Positions 47,155-56,247 of a stretch of DNA of 64,000 nucleotides are shown here, one piece after another. The notes under the pieces are model-generated. The model did no database searches and was not told where the DNA came from. It saw nothing but the letters and a program-made list of their open reading frames with translations. Each line of letters begins with the position of its first letter. Positions within the stretch are counted from its first letter, which is position 1. Origin of the DNA: Anaerolineales bacterium UBA5195 (GTDB lineage: Bacteria; Chloroflexota; Anaerolineae; Anaerolineales; Villigracilaceae); assembly GCA_002412925.1 (NCBI GenBank), contig DHVZ01000045.1:1541-65540 (forward strand), written 5' to 3'. Both the position numbers and the translations under genes were made by a program.

Positions 47155-48483
47155 TCATTCAGCGACCGCTACCCGGTGCTTGCCCGCCTTTTTGGCCATC
47201 ATCAAGGCTTTATCAGCCTGGTCGAGCAGGTCAGCCAGGCTGGAGGCTTTCTCGCTCACCGCCGCCGCCCCAATGCTGACCGAAATCTTCAACGGCCCGG
47301 ACCGTGTGTTGATCAGCGTATCAGAAATAACTTGGCAAATTCGTTCGGCGACTATGCGGCCTGCGCATAATTCGGTCTCCACCAGCAGGATGACGAACTC
47401 GTCGCCTCCGAAACGACCAATCGAATCAACTTCTCGTAGTTCTTTCTTGCCGTTCTCGGCAACTGCCTGGAGAGCCTGATCCCCAACCAGGTGCCCATAG
47501 GTGTCATTGATCTGCTTCAGGTCATCAAGGTCCAGAACAAGCATTGTCAGGGGGTGTTGAAAACGCTGGGCGCGTTGAAACTCAAGTTCGGCCAGGTTGA
47601 GAATGTGACGGCGATTATGAAGACCAGTCAGGCTGTCAGTAATCGCCAACTGCTCGAACATTTGGGACTTTTCAATCAACTTCGCGCGTTGGATGGTCAG
47701 GGCCGCCTGGTGGCTGATTGCCACCGCCAGTTGCACATCATGCCGGTCAAAAGGCCTGGCAGTGGGATCGGTCTTGTACGCGTAGAGCAAGGCAACCACC
47801 TCCTGCCCAATCAGAACGGGGACGCTCAAAACAGAAGGGGCAAGGGCTTGGTGATCAGCGCCCTTGGCCCGGTCATCTTGCGAGGTCAGGTTGGGGATGA
47901 TCATGATCGAGTGCTGTTCAATGGTTTGCTGGATGATTAAGCTCTGTAATTCCGAATCTTCCAGGTGGTCGAAATGCTCCGCCAGAACCACAGCGCATTT
48001 CCCGGCTCCGACTGCCAACCTCGTCATCTCCGCGATTTCTTGCAGGGCTGTCTCCAGGTCAAGGATGATGGTCAGGCGACTGGCTACAGCATCCAGAAAA
48101 ACAGCATGTCGATCAATCGACTCAAGCAGCAGTTCACGAGTGAGCTTTCGGGTATTTAAACGGCCATCCCCAGAGTTTGGAGATGCGCCTGTTGCTTGAA
48201 AGGCAACGCTAATCACGTGCTGACCGATCCGAATCTGGTCCCCTGGCTGCAAAACAAGCGGCTTGGTGATCAGCTCTCGATTTACAAACGTCCCATTCGT
48301 ACTTCCCAGGTCGTAAATAATCGCCAGGTCGTTCTGGCAATAAATCTCTGCATGCAGACGCGAAGCAGACTCGTCGGCAATCACGATCTGGTTGTCCGCC
48401 TTACGCCCAAGGGTGTTCTTCCCCGGTTTCACCCAATATTCAACCGGCACATTCAACGGAGAACGAACAGTGAGATGCCACAT
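47155..48483 (-). CDS. FHA-GAF-GGDEF diguanylate cyclase
   Basis: FHA signature GRKADNQIVIADESASRLHAEI..DLGSTNGTFVN, a central GAF-like region, and GGDEF (RFGGDEFVILL) with LTGLHNRR. Confidence 0.85.
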   Translation of the reverse strand: MWHLTVRSPLNVPVEYWVKPGKNTLGRKADNQIVIADESASRLHAEIYCQNDLAIIYDLGSTNGTFVNRELITKPLVLQPGDQIRIGQHVISVAFQATGASPNSGDGRLNTRKLTRELLLESIDRHAVFLDAVASRLTIILDLETALQEIAEMTRLAVGAGKCAVVLAEHFDHLEDSELQSLIIQQTIEQHSIMIIPNLTSQDDRAKGADHQALAPSVLSVPVLIGQEVVALLYAYKTDPTARPFDRHDVQLAVAISHQAALTIQRAKLIEKSQMFEQLAITDSLTGLHNRRHILNLAELEFQRAQRFQHPLTMLVLDLDDLKQINDTYGHLVGDQALQAVAENGKKELREVDSIGRFGGDEFVILLVETELCAGRIVAERICQVISDTLINTRSGPLKISVSIGAAAVSEKASSLADLLDQADKALMMAKKAGKHRVAVAE

Positions 48484-48551
48484 AACGCTATTCTACCCGG
48501 TTCTCCCCCAATTTTGTTGGATCGATCAAACAGCAAAGTTTTTGTAATTTT

Positions 48552-49328
48552 CTATGTTCTCACGTTTCTGCGGTTCGAATTGTTCCAGGCCAGGTAGACA
48601 AACATCCCGCTGCCCAGGAATCCAACGATGGCTGGGCCTGGCTGCGACCAGAAAATCCCCTGGCCGATGGTTTGCAGGATCCAGGTCAGCACGTAAACCA
48701 AGGCAAGCGGGCCAACCGGCAAATCTTTTGGATTGGCTACCAAGGTAATCAGAGCAGAAACGATGATCCAACCCAGGTAATTGCTCAAGGGGATGCCAAA
48801 ATACTGGCCGGGAATTTCCCAAACCCAGAAACCCCAGCCAACCATCTGTGGGTCGAGGAACAGGTCCCAGGCGGTAAAAGCCAGGGAGGAAACCAGGACA
48901 TGACAAATTGGAAATCGGGAATTGGAACGCGGCGCAATGATTTGAGCAATCGCCCAGGCAGGTGGCAGCATCATCAGCCAGGCCAGCGGAATCAGGAGCG
49001 GCACGCCCGCGATTTGCGGCTGGAGAACCTCGGTGTAGTGATATTTTCCAAACGGGATTCCCGTACTGCTGCCAAGCAACTCGGCCAGGTATGCCAATCC
49101 AGCAACAACAGCGCAGGTTTTCAGGGTGCGCTGCCAGCCCCAGGCGACGTAAAGAATAATCAAGACGGCGGCGGCCTGCATCAGCACGCCAAACGACATA
49201 CCGCGGATCAAATACCCCTCGCCTAAAATCCAGCCAAGCATGGGCAGGGAAATCATCGTCAGCACCCAAAAAATGATGGGGACGAGAGTCGAGCGCGGGT
49301 AACGGAGGTCGTTGAAGGCTTGGATCAT
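48552..49328 (-). CDS. Membrane protein resembling the carotenoid-biosynthesis (DUF422/CruF-like) family
   Basis: About 7 TM segments. GIPFGKYHYT and DPQMV..W.W..YFGIPLSNYLGW resemble that family. Judged from memory only. Confidence 0.45.
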   Translation of the reverse strand: MIQAFNDLRYPRSTLVPIIFWVLTMISLPMLGWILGEGYLIRGMSFGVLMQAAAVLIILYVAWGWQRTLKTCAVVAGLAYLAELLGSSTGIPFGKYHYTEVLQPQIAGVPLLIPLAWLMMLPPAWAIAQIIAPRSNSRFPICHVLVSSLAFTAWDLFLDPQMVGWGFWVWEIPGQYFGIPLSNYLGWIIVSALITLVANPKDLPVGPLALVYVLTWILQTIGQGIFWSQPGPAIVGFLGSGMFVYLAWNNSNRRNVRT

Positions 49329-49753
49329 CGCAGTTTGCGGGCGTAGTATCGGCTAAAGAATAGAACGAAAACCCCTTGAAGAGTAATCCCCGTTCCGGCG
49401 CCAGCCCAAAAGCTGCCGTGGGCCTGCATAAAAACAACCAACGCCAGACCGCCGAGGAGGCATAACAGACCCAGGGCGGCGCTGCCCTGAAGCAGGAGAA
49501 GCATTTTGCTGGTCTCCTCAGGCGCGGCAACCATTTTCTCTGCCAAAGTCAGTCTTGCCTGGTGACGCCGGGCGCTGAGATGGCCAAAGCCGCCAAGCGC
49601 CAGGCTGGCAAGCGCCCAACCAAAAAACTGGAAGGCCAACCCGACCCGGAAATCGCTGCCTGGCAGGAAGCAGAGAACTCCCAGGGCAATCGAAACCCAG
49701 GCCCAAATAGCCAGGCGTTGGGTGAGTGCCTTTTGAACGATCCAGATATACAC
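49325..49753 (-). CDS. Small 4-TM membrane protein, unknown
   Basis: GTG 49753 with a GGAGG RBS. 4-nt overlap with the downstream gene. Confidence 0.45.
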   Translation of the reverse strand: MYIWIVQKALTQRLAIWAWVSIALGVLCFLPGSDFRVGLAFQFFGWALASLALGGFGHLSARRHQARLTLAEKMVAAPEETSKMLLLLQGSAALGLLCLLGGLALVVFMQAHGSFWAGAGTGITLQGVFVLFFSRYYARKLR

Positions 49754-49944
49754 CAGGAACCTCCGTGCCTGACAGAAATAATCAAAAACCAGTACTTGGC
49801 GAAAGTTGAAAGAATCCCCGAGATGTTTTGTGAACTACTGAAAATGGATCCTGTCAGATTATATCGGGAAACCAACCATAAACAACAAACCGCCGCCACA
49901 AACCAAAGTCTGCGGTCGGCGGTCTTATCGTTCATGGTTCGGGT

Positions 49945-50715
49945 TTATTCGTGCAGCGCCTTCACCTGTTCCTGGCTCATGCCCTTGACCACCGGGCGGT
50001 CAAGCTGCTCGGATAGGTGAATTTTTCCCTTGAAGTCTTTCAGGTCGATCAGATGACCAGATTTCTCAGCCTTGGTGCGCAAGTAGAATTCATTATACGG
50101 GTTGGTCGGCAGGATGTGCTCAATCCGCCCGTTGACCTGGATGCCGTATTTGGTCAGATCGTTGATTTTCTTGGGATTATTGGTCATCAGCCGGATCGAT
50201 TTGACCTTTAGCGATTGGAGCATGTGCGCCGCCACGGCATAATCGCGCTCATCGTCGCGGAAACCGAGCGCCAGGTTGGCTTCCACCGTGTCCATGCCGT
50301 AATCCTGCAAACCATAAGCGCGGATTTTGTTGGTCAAGCCAATCCCTCGCCCTTCCTGGCGCAGGTAGAGCACAATCCCCTTCTCCAGCTTGCCGATGGC
50401 GGTCAATGCGGCCTCGAGCTGGTCGCGACAGTCACAACGCAGGGAGCCAAAGGCATCGCCGGTGAGACACTCGGAGTGCAGGCGCACAACCACATCCTCG
50501 CTGTTGGTCACATCGCCCCTAACGATGGCGGCATGTTCCTTGCCATCCTGGTTATTGTAGAACGCCACGATGTGAAAATCACCAAAACGGGTGGGCAGTT
50601 CGGCAATCGACGCAATTTTAACGCAGACATGTTCTTCACCGCAGCCATCGCATTCGTGTGCGCGGTTTTCGTCGAGCAGTTCTTCTATGGGCAGGTGCAG
50701 ATGGTCTATTGTCAT
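49945..50715 (-). CDS. ribA: GTP cyclohydrolase II (monofunctional, with N- and C-terminal extensions)
   Basis: RLHSECLTGDAFGSLRCDCRDQLEAAL, LYLRQEGRGIGLTNKIRAY, TVEAN..LGF..DERDY and LMTNNPKK motifs. An extra N-terminal CDGCGEEHVC segment. Confidence 0.9.
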   Translation of the reverse strand: MTIDHLHLPIEELLDENRAHECDGCGEEHVCVKIASIAELPTRFGDFHIVAFYNNQDGKEHAAIVRGDVTNSEDVVVRLHSECLTGDAFGSLRCDCRDQLEAALTAIGKLEKGIVLYLRQEGRGIGLTNKIRAYGLQDYGMDTVEANLALGFRDDERDYAVAAHMLQSLKVKSIRLMTNNPKKINDLTKYGIQVNGRIEHILPTNPYNEFYLRTKAEKSGHLIDLKDFKGKIHLSEQLDRPVVKGMSQEQVKALHE

Positions 50716-50759
50716 AATTTTTTCCTATTCTCCATCGCCTATCCTGGCGGGGATGATGG

Positions 50760-51443
50760 TTATTTTATACATTGATAGCGGATCAAAACGCCGCCAGTTT
50801 CATCCAGAACCCGAACATCCACCAGCTTCAGCGTCTTCGCGGCGGACTCAACCAACCCGTCGCCGTCTGCTAGTGTTGGGGCCGAGTGCCCGCCGAAAAT
50901 TTTTGGCGCAACATACACAGATAACTCATCCACAAGTCCCAGGCGCAGCAACTCAAAATTGAGCCTGCCCCCGCCCTCGACCAATAATCGGCGAACCCCG
51001 AGCTGGTAGAGCCTCTCCAGCGCTTTTTCCAAGTCTACCCGTTTTTCGCCCAGAATGTACACTTCTGCGCCATGTTCAGATAAAAGATTAATCTGTTCCG
51101 GCGCGGTTTGTGAAGTAGTAAAAATCACCCTGCGCGCCGGGCCGGCCATCATAAAATCGCCATCCAACCGAAGATCTGCCCTGCTGACTACGCCGACCTT
51201 CATCGGGTTTTCGGGCAGGCCCTTTGCAACCCGTTCGGCGCGCAGTTCCGGGGTTTTTACCGTCAGCTTTGGGCTTTCGGCAAGCAGTGTCTGCCCGCCA
51301 ACCATGACCGCATCCGCCTCCGCGCGTAGGCGCAGGACCCGCGTCTTATCCTCCGTGGACGAGATCGACGAGCTTTTCCGCTCGAAAGTATCCATTTTGC
51401 CATCCGCGCTGACGGCAACGTTGATAAAAACAAAGGGGCGCAT
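50760..51443 (-). CDS. RibD C-terminal-type pyrimidine reductase (2,5-diamino-6-ribosylamino-pyrimidinone 5'-phosphate reductase-like, no deaminase domain)
   Basis: MRPFVFINVAVSADGKM start, ..VMVGGQTL.. and LLVEGGGRLNFELL, typical of the stand-alone reductase form. Confidence 0.75.
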   Translation of the reverse strand: MRPFVFINVAVSADGKMDTFERKSSSISSTEDKTRVLRLRAEADAVMVGGQTLLAESPKLTVKTPELRAERVAKGLPENPMKVGVVSRADLRLDGDFMMAGPARRVIFTTSQTAPEQINLLSEHGAEVYILGEKRVDLEKALERLYQLGVRRLLVEGGGRLNFELLRLGLVDELSVYVAPKIFGGHSAPTLADGDGLVESAAKTLKLVDVRVLDETGGVLIRYQCIK

Positions 51444-51457
51444 GGTCTGTCTACTTC

Positions 51458-51964
51458 CTACTCATGAAACTTCTTCTCCCCAGCTTCGATTCGCGCCATC
51501 AACCGGTTGGCAGCCGGGGGCAGCGGGCAGGACCAGCGCTCGTTGTAGGCGCAGTACGGGTTATAGGCCAGGTTGAAATCGACCGCCAGCAGGTCGCCGC
51601 CCAGGTTGTGGGGTTCGAGATAACGCCCGGCCCCGTAAGTGTCGTCAGGGGCGGTAGCGTCTGCAAAAGGCAGGAAAAAACCATAATCCGCCTCGTAGAC
51701 CTGTAAAATGGCTTCCTGCCCGGCCACTTCAAAACGAATTTTCCCAACATGGAAATAGTCCTGTTCGTCACCGGTGGAGGTGGGCAGGACAACCGGTTCG
51801 GCCTGGGCGAAACGCTCCAGCTTGAGTTCCAGCCGCAGGGACGGATTTTCGGGGTAATAGCGCAGCCCGGTGAAGTCACGTTTCTGCTCCATCGACAGCG
51901 GCGACTGGCGGCTGGTTTTGAAAAACTCATCCTTCTCTTTTCGAAACAGTTTCAAGTCGCTCAT
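51458..51964 (-). CDS. DUF1684 family protein
   Basis: FRKEKDEFFKTSRQSPL..FTGLRYYPENP..AYNPYCAYNERWSCPLPP pattern. Confidence 0.65.
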   Translation of the reverse strand: MSDLKLFRKEKDEFFKTSRQSPLSMEQKRDFTGLRYYPENPSLRLELKLERFAQAEPVVLPTSTGDEQDYFHVGKIRFEVAGQEAILQVYEADYGFFLPFADATAPDDTYGAGRYLEPHNLGGDLLAVDFNLAYNPYCAYNERWSCPLPPAANRLMARIEAGEKKFHE

Positions 51965-52021
51965 CTTTGCTCCACTACTGTTCCAGCACTGATTAATGAT
52001 TACTTGGTAACTGATTACTGC

Positions 52022-52795
52022 CTATCCGATCTTCACCGACCTCATCGAAATCGCGCCATAAGTCACTTTATCAGCAAAAAAGCTGACGGGGTCGCCTTCA
52101 TCTTTCACGCCCAGGGTATAGAGCAGCGGCAGGTAATGTTCGGCGCTGTTTATCGCCAGCTCTGCTTCGCGTCCCTGCTTTTCGTATTCGATTAGGGGAT
52201 CGTGATCGTTGGACAGGATCCACTGCCTGACTTTGGCGTCAAAGGCCTCAGCCCAGTCAAATTTCAGGTTGTCATCGAAGACCGTCATACGCAGGTTGTG
52301 GACGATGTTGCCAGAACTGACAATCAGCACGCCCTCCTCGCGCAGTTCCTTCAACTGCTGGCCGAGCTGGTAATGATACTGCGGGCCCTGGCTGCGGTCG
52401 AGCGACATCTGGACGACCGGTAAATCCGCTTTGGGAAACATGCGGTGCAGCACCGACCAGGTGCCGTGATCCAATCCCCAGGTCATATCCGGCTGGATTT
52501 CGGTCAATTTGATGACTTTTCGCACCGTTTGGACGAGGTCCGGCGAGCCGGGAGCAGGGTAGGTGACTTCGTATAGTTCCTTTGGGAAACCATAGAAATC
52601 ATAGATCGTCTTGGGTTTCTCCATCGCAGTGACTTTTGTCCCGCTGGTCTCCCAGTGCGCCGAGATGGTCAGGATGGCCTTGGGGCGGGGCAGGCTTTCA
52701 CCCGTCGTTTCCCAGGCGCGGCTGAATTCGTTGTCTTCGATGGCATTCATCGGGCTTCCGTGCCCGACGAACAGAACAGGCATTTTTGTTGTCAT
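52022..52795 (-). CDS. 4,5-DOPA dioxygenase extradiol-like (YgiD family, class III extradiol dioxygenase)
   Basis: ATG 52795 with an AAGGAA RBS. PVLFVGHGSPMNA, SAHW and DHGTWSVL motifs. Confidence 0.85.
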   Translation of the reverse strand: MTTKMPVLFVGHGSPMNAIEDNEFSRAWETTGESLPRPKAILTISAHWETSGTKVTAMEKPKTIYDFYGFPKELYEVTYPAPGSPDLVQTVRKVIKLTEIQPDMTWGLDHGTWSVLHRMFPKADLPVVQMSLDRSQGPQYHYQLGQQLKELREEGVLIVSSGNIVHNLRMTVFDDNLKFDWAEAFDAKVRQWILSNDHDPLIEYEKQGREAELAINSAEHYLPLLYTLGVKDEGDPVSFFADKVTYGAISMRSVKIG

Positions 52796-52837
52796 TTGTT
52801 CCTTTATGAGACGCAAACGTCTCCAGGCTTTCGAGAT

Positions 52838-53269
52838 TCAAATGTCAGGAGACGTTTGAATCCGAATTTCACTCAACACATCTGCCACTGTAAACCCGCT
52901 CAAGGAATCGTGCATGGCCTTCTCAGCCTGACCGAAAACTGCCCCCAGCGCAGACCGGATGTGCGCCCCAATCGGGCAGTCAGCGTTGGGATGGGGGTGT
53001 ACACCCAGCAGGCTCTCGCGGTTAATCGCATCGTAGATGCTGCACAGGTGGATTTCACCCGGCGCGCGGGAGAGCTTCCAGCCGCCGCTCGCGCCGGAGC
53101 GCGATTCCACCAACCCCTGTTTGCGCAGCTGTCCCATAATCCGGCGGATGACGACCGAGTGGGTGCTGACGCTCTCCGCGATTTGCTCGCTGGTTAACGC
53201 CTGCCCAGGCAGGGCCGAGAGCAGGGTTAGGATGTGAATGGAGACGGCAAATTGATGGTTGGTATTCAT
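52838..53269 (-). CDS. Rrf2 family transcriptional regulator
   Basis: FAVSIHILTLLS..LTSEQIAESVSTHSVVIRRIMGQLRKQGLVESRSGASGG is the Rrf2 winged helix. ATG 53269 (TTG 53278 also possible). Confidence 0.85.
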   Translation of the reverse strand: MNTNHQFAVSIHILTLLSALPGQALTSEQIAESVSTHSVVIRRIMGQLRKQGLVESRSGASGGWKLSRAPGEIHLCSIYDAINRESLLGVHPHPNADCPIGAHIRSALGAVFGQAEKAMHDSLSGFTVADVLSEIRIQTSPDI

Positions 53270-53293
53270 TTGTAACAATTGTAGTTACAAATG
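53267..53293. promoter_or_regulatory. Perfect 10-bp inverted repeat overlapping the Rrf2 start codon (operator candidate)
   Basis: CATTTGTAAC-AATTGTA-GTTACAAATG. Confidence 0.45.
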
Positions 53294-53350
53294 AGCGACT
53301 GTCAAGTTAGCGTTTTATTAAAATCCCCCGGCACTGTCTTTGCCAGGGGA

Positions 53351-56203
53351 TCAGAGCGTGAAGTAAAATGTCGCACCTTTGTTTTTTTCGGCTTCGGCCC
53401 AAACTCGCCCTCCATGTTTGTGAATCACGCGCTGCACAATCGCCAGCCCAATCCCGGTTCCGGGGAAATCCTCCGTGCTGTGCAGGCGCTGGAAAGCGCC
53501 AAATAATTTACCCGCATAAACCATGTCGAAGCCCACACCATTATCGCGGATGTAAAACGCTTCTTTGCCCCCGATTTTGACCCGTCCAACCTCGATTCTT
53601 GCTGCTGCGGTTTTCCCGGTGAACTTCCAGGCATTGCTCATCAAGTTTTCAACAGCCACCCGCAGCAGGCGCTCATCGGCCAAGGGATGCAAACCAGGCG
53701 CAATCTCCACACTGACAACGCGCTCAGGCTCCTGGTTTCGCAGTTCGTTGACAACAGATAGAGCCAGCTCACTCAAATCGACCGGATCGAAGCGGATTTC
53801 AGCGCGGTTGATGCGCGAAAGTCTCAGCATATCGTCAATCAGCTGCGCCATTTGGGCAGCAGCCCAACGGATCTTTTTCAGGTAATTGACTCTGTCATCA
53901 GGCAGCGCTGAATGGAAATCGTCCATCAGGATCCGGCTGTAGCCGTCGATAGCTCGCAGGGGTGCACGTAAGTCATGCGACACGGAATAGGAAAAGGCTT
54001 CCATTTCCTGGTTGGCAACCTGCAAATCCTGCGTGCGCGACTGTACGCGCTCTTCCAGGTCGGCATTCAATTGCCTGACTTCTTCTTCTACGCGTTTGCG
54101 TTCTTCCAATTCTTTTCCCACCTGTTCATAGAGACGCGCGTTCAAGATGGCATTCGCCAACTGGTCAGCCATGGTCTGGAAAGTCTCGATATCTTCCTGG
54201 GTAAAAGCGGCTTCCCCGTTGCTTTGGATGCCTAATGCGCCCAACGCCTGGCCGCGTGAAATCAGCGGCAGGGCCAGTTCAGAGCGCGTTCCTGGCAATA
54301 AGGGATTGCTAAAGCGTACCGCGTCTTCGCCCACATCCAAGGCAATCCGCGCCCGTTGGTTTGCGAGGCACCAGCCGACCATGGAAGTATTTCCGATTGG
54401 CAATTTGTGACCGTTTTTTAGCATTTCCCGCCCGGCCTTGCCAGTGCCGGCCTGTAAAACAGCAAACTCAAAATTCTCATCCACCAGGAATAACCCGACA
54501 TAGTACAACCCAAACCGTTTGCGGACGATATCAACCACTTCTTTGCTCAACACCGGTGGGTCGAGAATGGCGCTGGCAGCGCGGGAGACTTCAGCCGCGA
54601 CCTGGAGCAGGGTACTGCGCCGTTTAAGCATGACCGTATCACGCTCCAGGCGTTTGTTTGCTTTTCGAATCGAATCCTCAGCCAGTTTTCGAACAGTGAT
54701 ATCCGTGATCGTTCCCGCTATTCTGAGCGGATTGTAATTTTCATCGAGATAGACCTGCCCTTTGCTCTCGGCCCAATGGATACTCCCATCCTTCCAAATC
54801 ACACGATGCTCGATGGAAAAAGGGGTCTCCGGGTTTTTCAAGCTCTTTTCGAAGGCCTTCTGGATTTTCTCGCGGTCTCCTGCTGCAGTCTGATTGATGA
54901 AATCGGCAAAGGTTTGGACCGCCTGCATTTCGTCCAGCCCAAAAATGTCACAGGCCGCATCTGACCAGATCATTTGATTAGTTGCCAGTTCCCAATCCCA
55001 GGTTCCCATGCGGGCTGCGTTCAGTGCCAGCCGCAAATTCTCCTCCGAGCGCAATAAAGCCTCTTGCGCTCGTTTGCGTTCGGCCAACTCCTCCTGGGCA
55101 GCCTGATACAGGCGCGCATTTTCCATGGCCAGTGTGGCCAGCTCAGAAAGCTGTTCCAAGATCTCCAACTGGGCTGTCGAAAACCTGCGCCCAAACTCGG
55201 TATGGGCCAGGCCGATAATGCCGACAACCTCTCCCCGCATGCTCAGTGGGAAGGCTGCGACAGCCTGGAAACCCGCTGAAGCATAGGCCTGGATACGCTC
55301 GGGCCACATCTGGTAATTGTCGACCGACTTTCTTTCACCCGTTGCCAGGACCAGCCCGTCCAATCCCTGCCCAGAAGGGACGATGATTCCATCCATCTCT
55401 TTAAAAACGCCATGCCCCACAATTTGTTGCACCGTTTGATGATCTGGCGTGAGCAGATCGATATAAGCATGCTCTGTATCAGCCAAAGCTTCTGCCCGGG
55501 ATAAAATCGACTCAAAAAGCGGCAATAATTCCCGCCGGTTGAGAATAGCCAGCGCTGTTTCGTGAAGCGCAGCCTGGTACTGGCTTTTTTCGCGCAGTTC
55601 ACCTTCCACCCGGCGGCGCTCGGCAATTTCAATGGACGCCTGGCGCATTGAATTGCGCACCTGTCGGGCGGCAATTCCCAGCAGCGTGGCCGCCATAATG
55701 AAAATCAAAGCGTTGGCGAACCAACTGCTGAAAGGTGTTAAAAATTCATTACCAGGCTGGTAAGTACCCTCCAACTCAGCGATTAATAAAAACAACCCCG
55801 CAATGATGCTGGCGGCAGTTGTTAGCGCTGTCAACCTGCCTCTCAGGAACATGCCAGAGATGATAATAACGATCACCAAAGAACTATAGCTGGCGCTGCG
55901 AACACCGCCAAAATAATAGGTTGCGAGCAATAGCCCAAGAATCCCACTCAAACTAAACAGCAGGCTGACCAGGCGCACAAACCCCCGATTCAACATCCAA
56001 TTCAACCCCGCAAAGGCGGCCAGGTACAGGCAGATAAAAATGTAAACTTCAGGGGTGAGATCTCGGAAGAAGGCAATCAACGTATAGCACGCAAGAATCC
56101 CACTTGCAACCAGAAAAATTCGCCTCAACCAGAAACTCAGCAGGCGGTTTTCTTCTTCAGATGAACTGGGGAGCAAGAAAAAATCTATGATGGGTTTCGA
56201 CAT
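53351..56203 (-). CDS. Sensor histidine kinase (multi-TM N-terminus, GAF, PAS, GAF, HisKA, HATPase_c)
   Basis: H-box SYSVSHDLRAPLRAI, N-box NLMSNAWKF, and G-boxes DNGVGF and GTGIGLAIVQ. 950 aa. Confidence 0.9.
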   Translation of the reverse strand: MSKPIIDFFLLPSSSEEENRLLSFWLRRIFLVASGILACYTLIAFFRDLTPEVYIFICLYLAAFAGLNWMLNRGFVRLVSLLFSLSGILGLLLATYYFGGVRSASYSSLVIVIIISGMFLRGRLTALTTAASIIAGLFLLIAELEGTYQPGNEFLTPFSSWFANALIFIMAATLLGIAARQVRNSMRQASIEIAERRRVEGELREKSQYQAALHETALAILNRRELLPLFESILSRAEALADTEHAYIDLLTPDHQTVQQIVGHGVFKEMDGIIVPSGQGLDGLVLATGERKSVDNYQMWPERIQAYASAGFQAVAAFPLSMRGEVVGIIGLAHTEFGRRFSTAQLEILEQLSELATLAMENARLYQAAQEELAERKRAQEALLRSEENLRLALNAARMGTWDWELATNQMIWSDAACDIFGLDEMQAVQTFADFINQTAAGDREKIQKAFEKSLKNPETPFSIEHRVIWKDGSIHWAESKGQVYLDENYNPLRIAGTITDITVRKLAEDSIRKANKRLERDTVMLKRRSTLLQVAAEVSRAASAILDPPVLSKEVVDIVRKRFGLYYVGLFLVDENFEFAVLQAGTGKAGREMLKNGHKLPIGNTSMVGWCLANQRARIALDVGEDAVRFSNPLLPGTRSELALPLISRGQALGALGIQSNGEAAFTQEDIETFQTMADQLANAILNARLYEQVGKELEERKRVEEEVRQLNADLEERVQSRTQDLQVANQEMEAFSYSVSHDLRAPLRAIDGYSRILMDDFHSALPDDRVNYLKKIRWAAAQMAQLIDDMLRLSRINRAEIRFDPVDLSELALSVVNELRNQEPERVVSVEIAPGLHPLADERLLRVAVENLMSNAWKFTGKTAAARIEVGRVKIGGKEAFYIRDNGVGFDMVYAGKLFGAFQRLHSTEDFPGTGIGLAIVQRVIHKHGGRVWAEAEKNKGATFYFTL

Positions 56204-56247
56204 ACCCTATCCTTGGGCCCAGCTGATATCGCTAAAATTATTATACG

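Noticed and set aside
48526-49530. 334-aa minus-strand ORF in an alternative frame over 48552-49328 and 49325-49753
   Set aside because: Pro/Arg/Ala-rich translation without TM logic. The other frame gives two well-formed membrane proteins with a 4-nt coupled junction and a GGAGG RBS.
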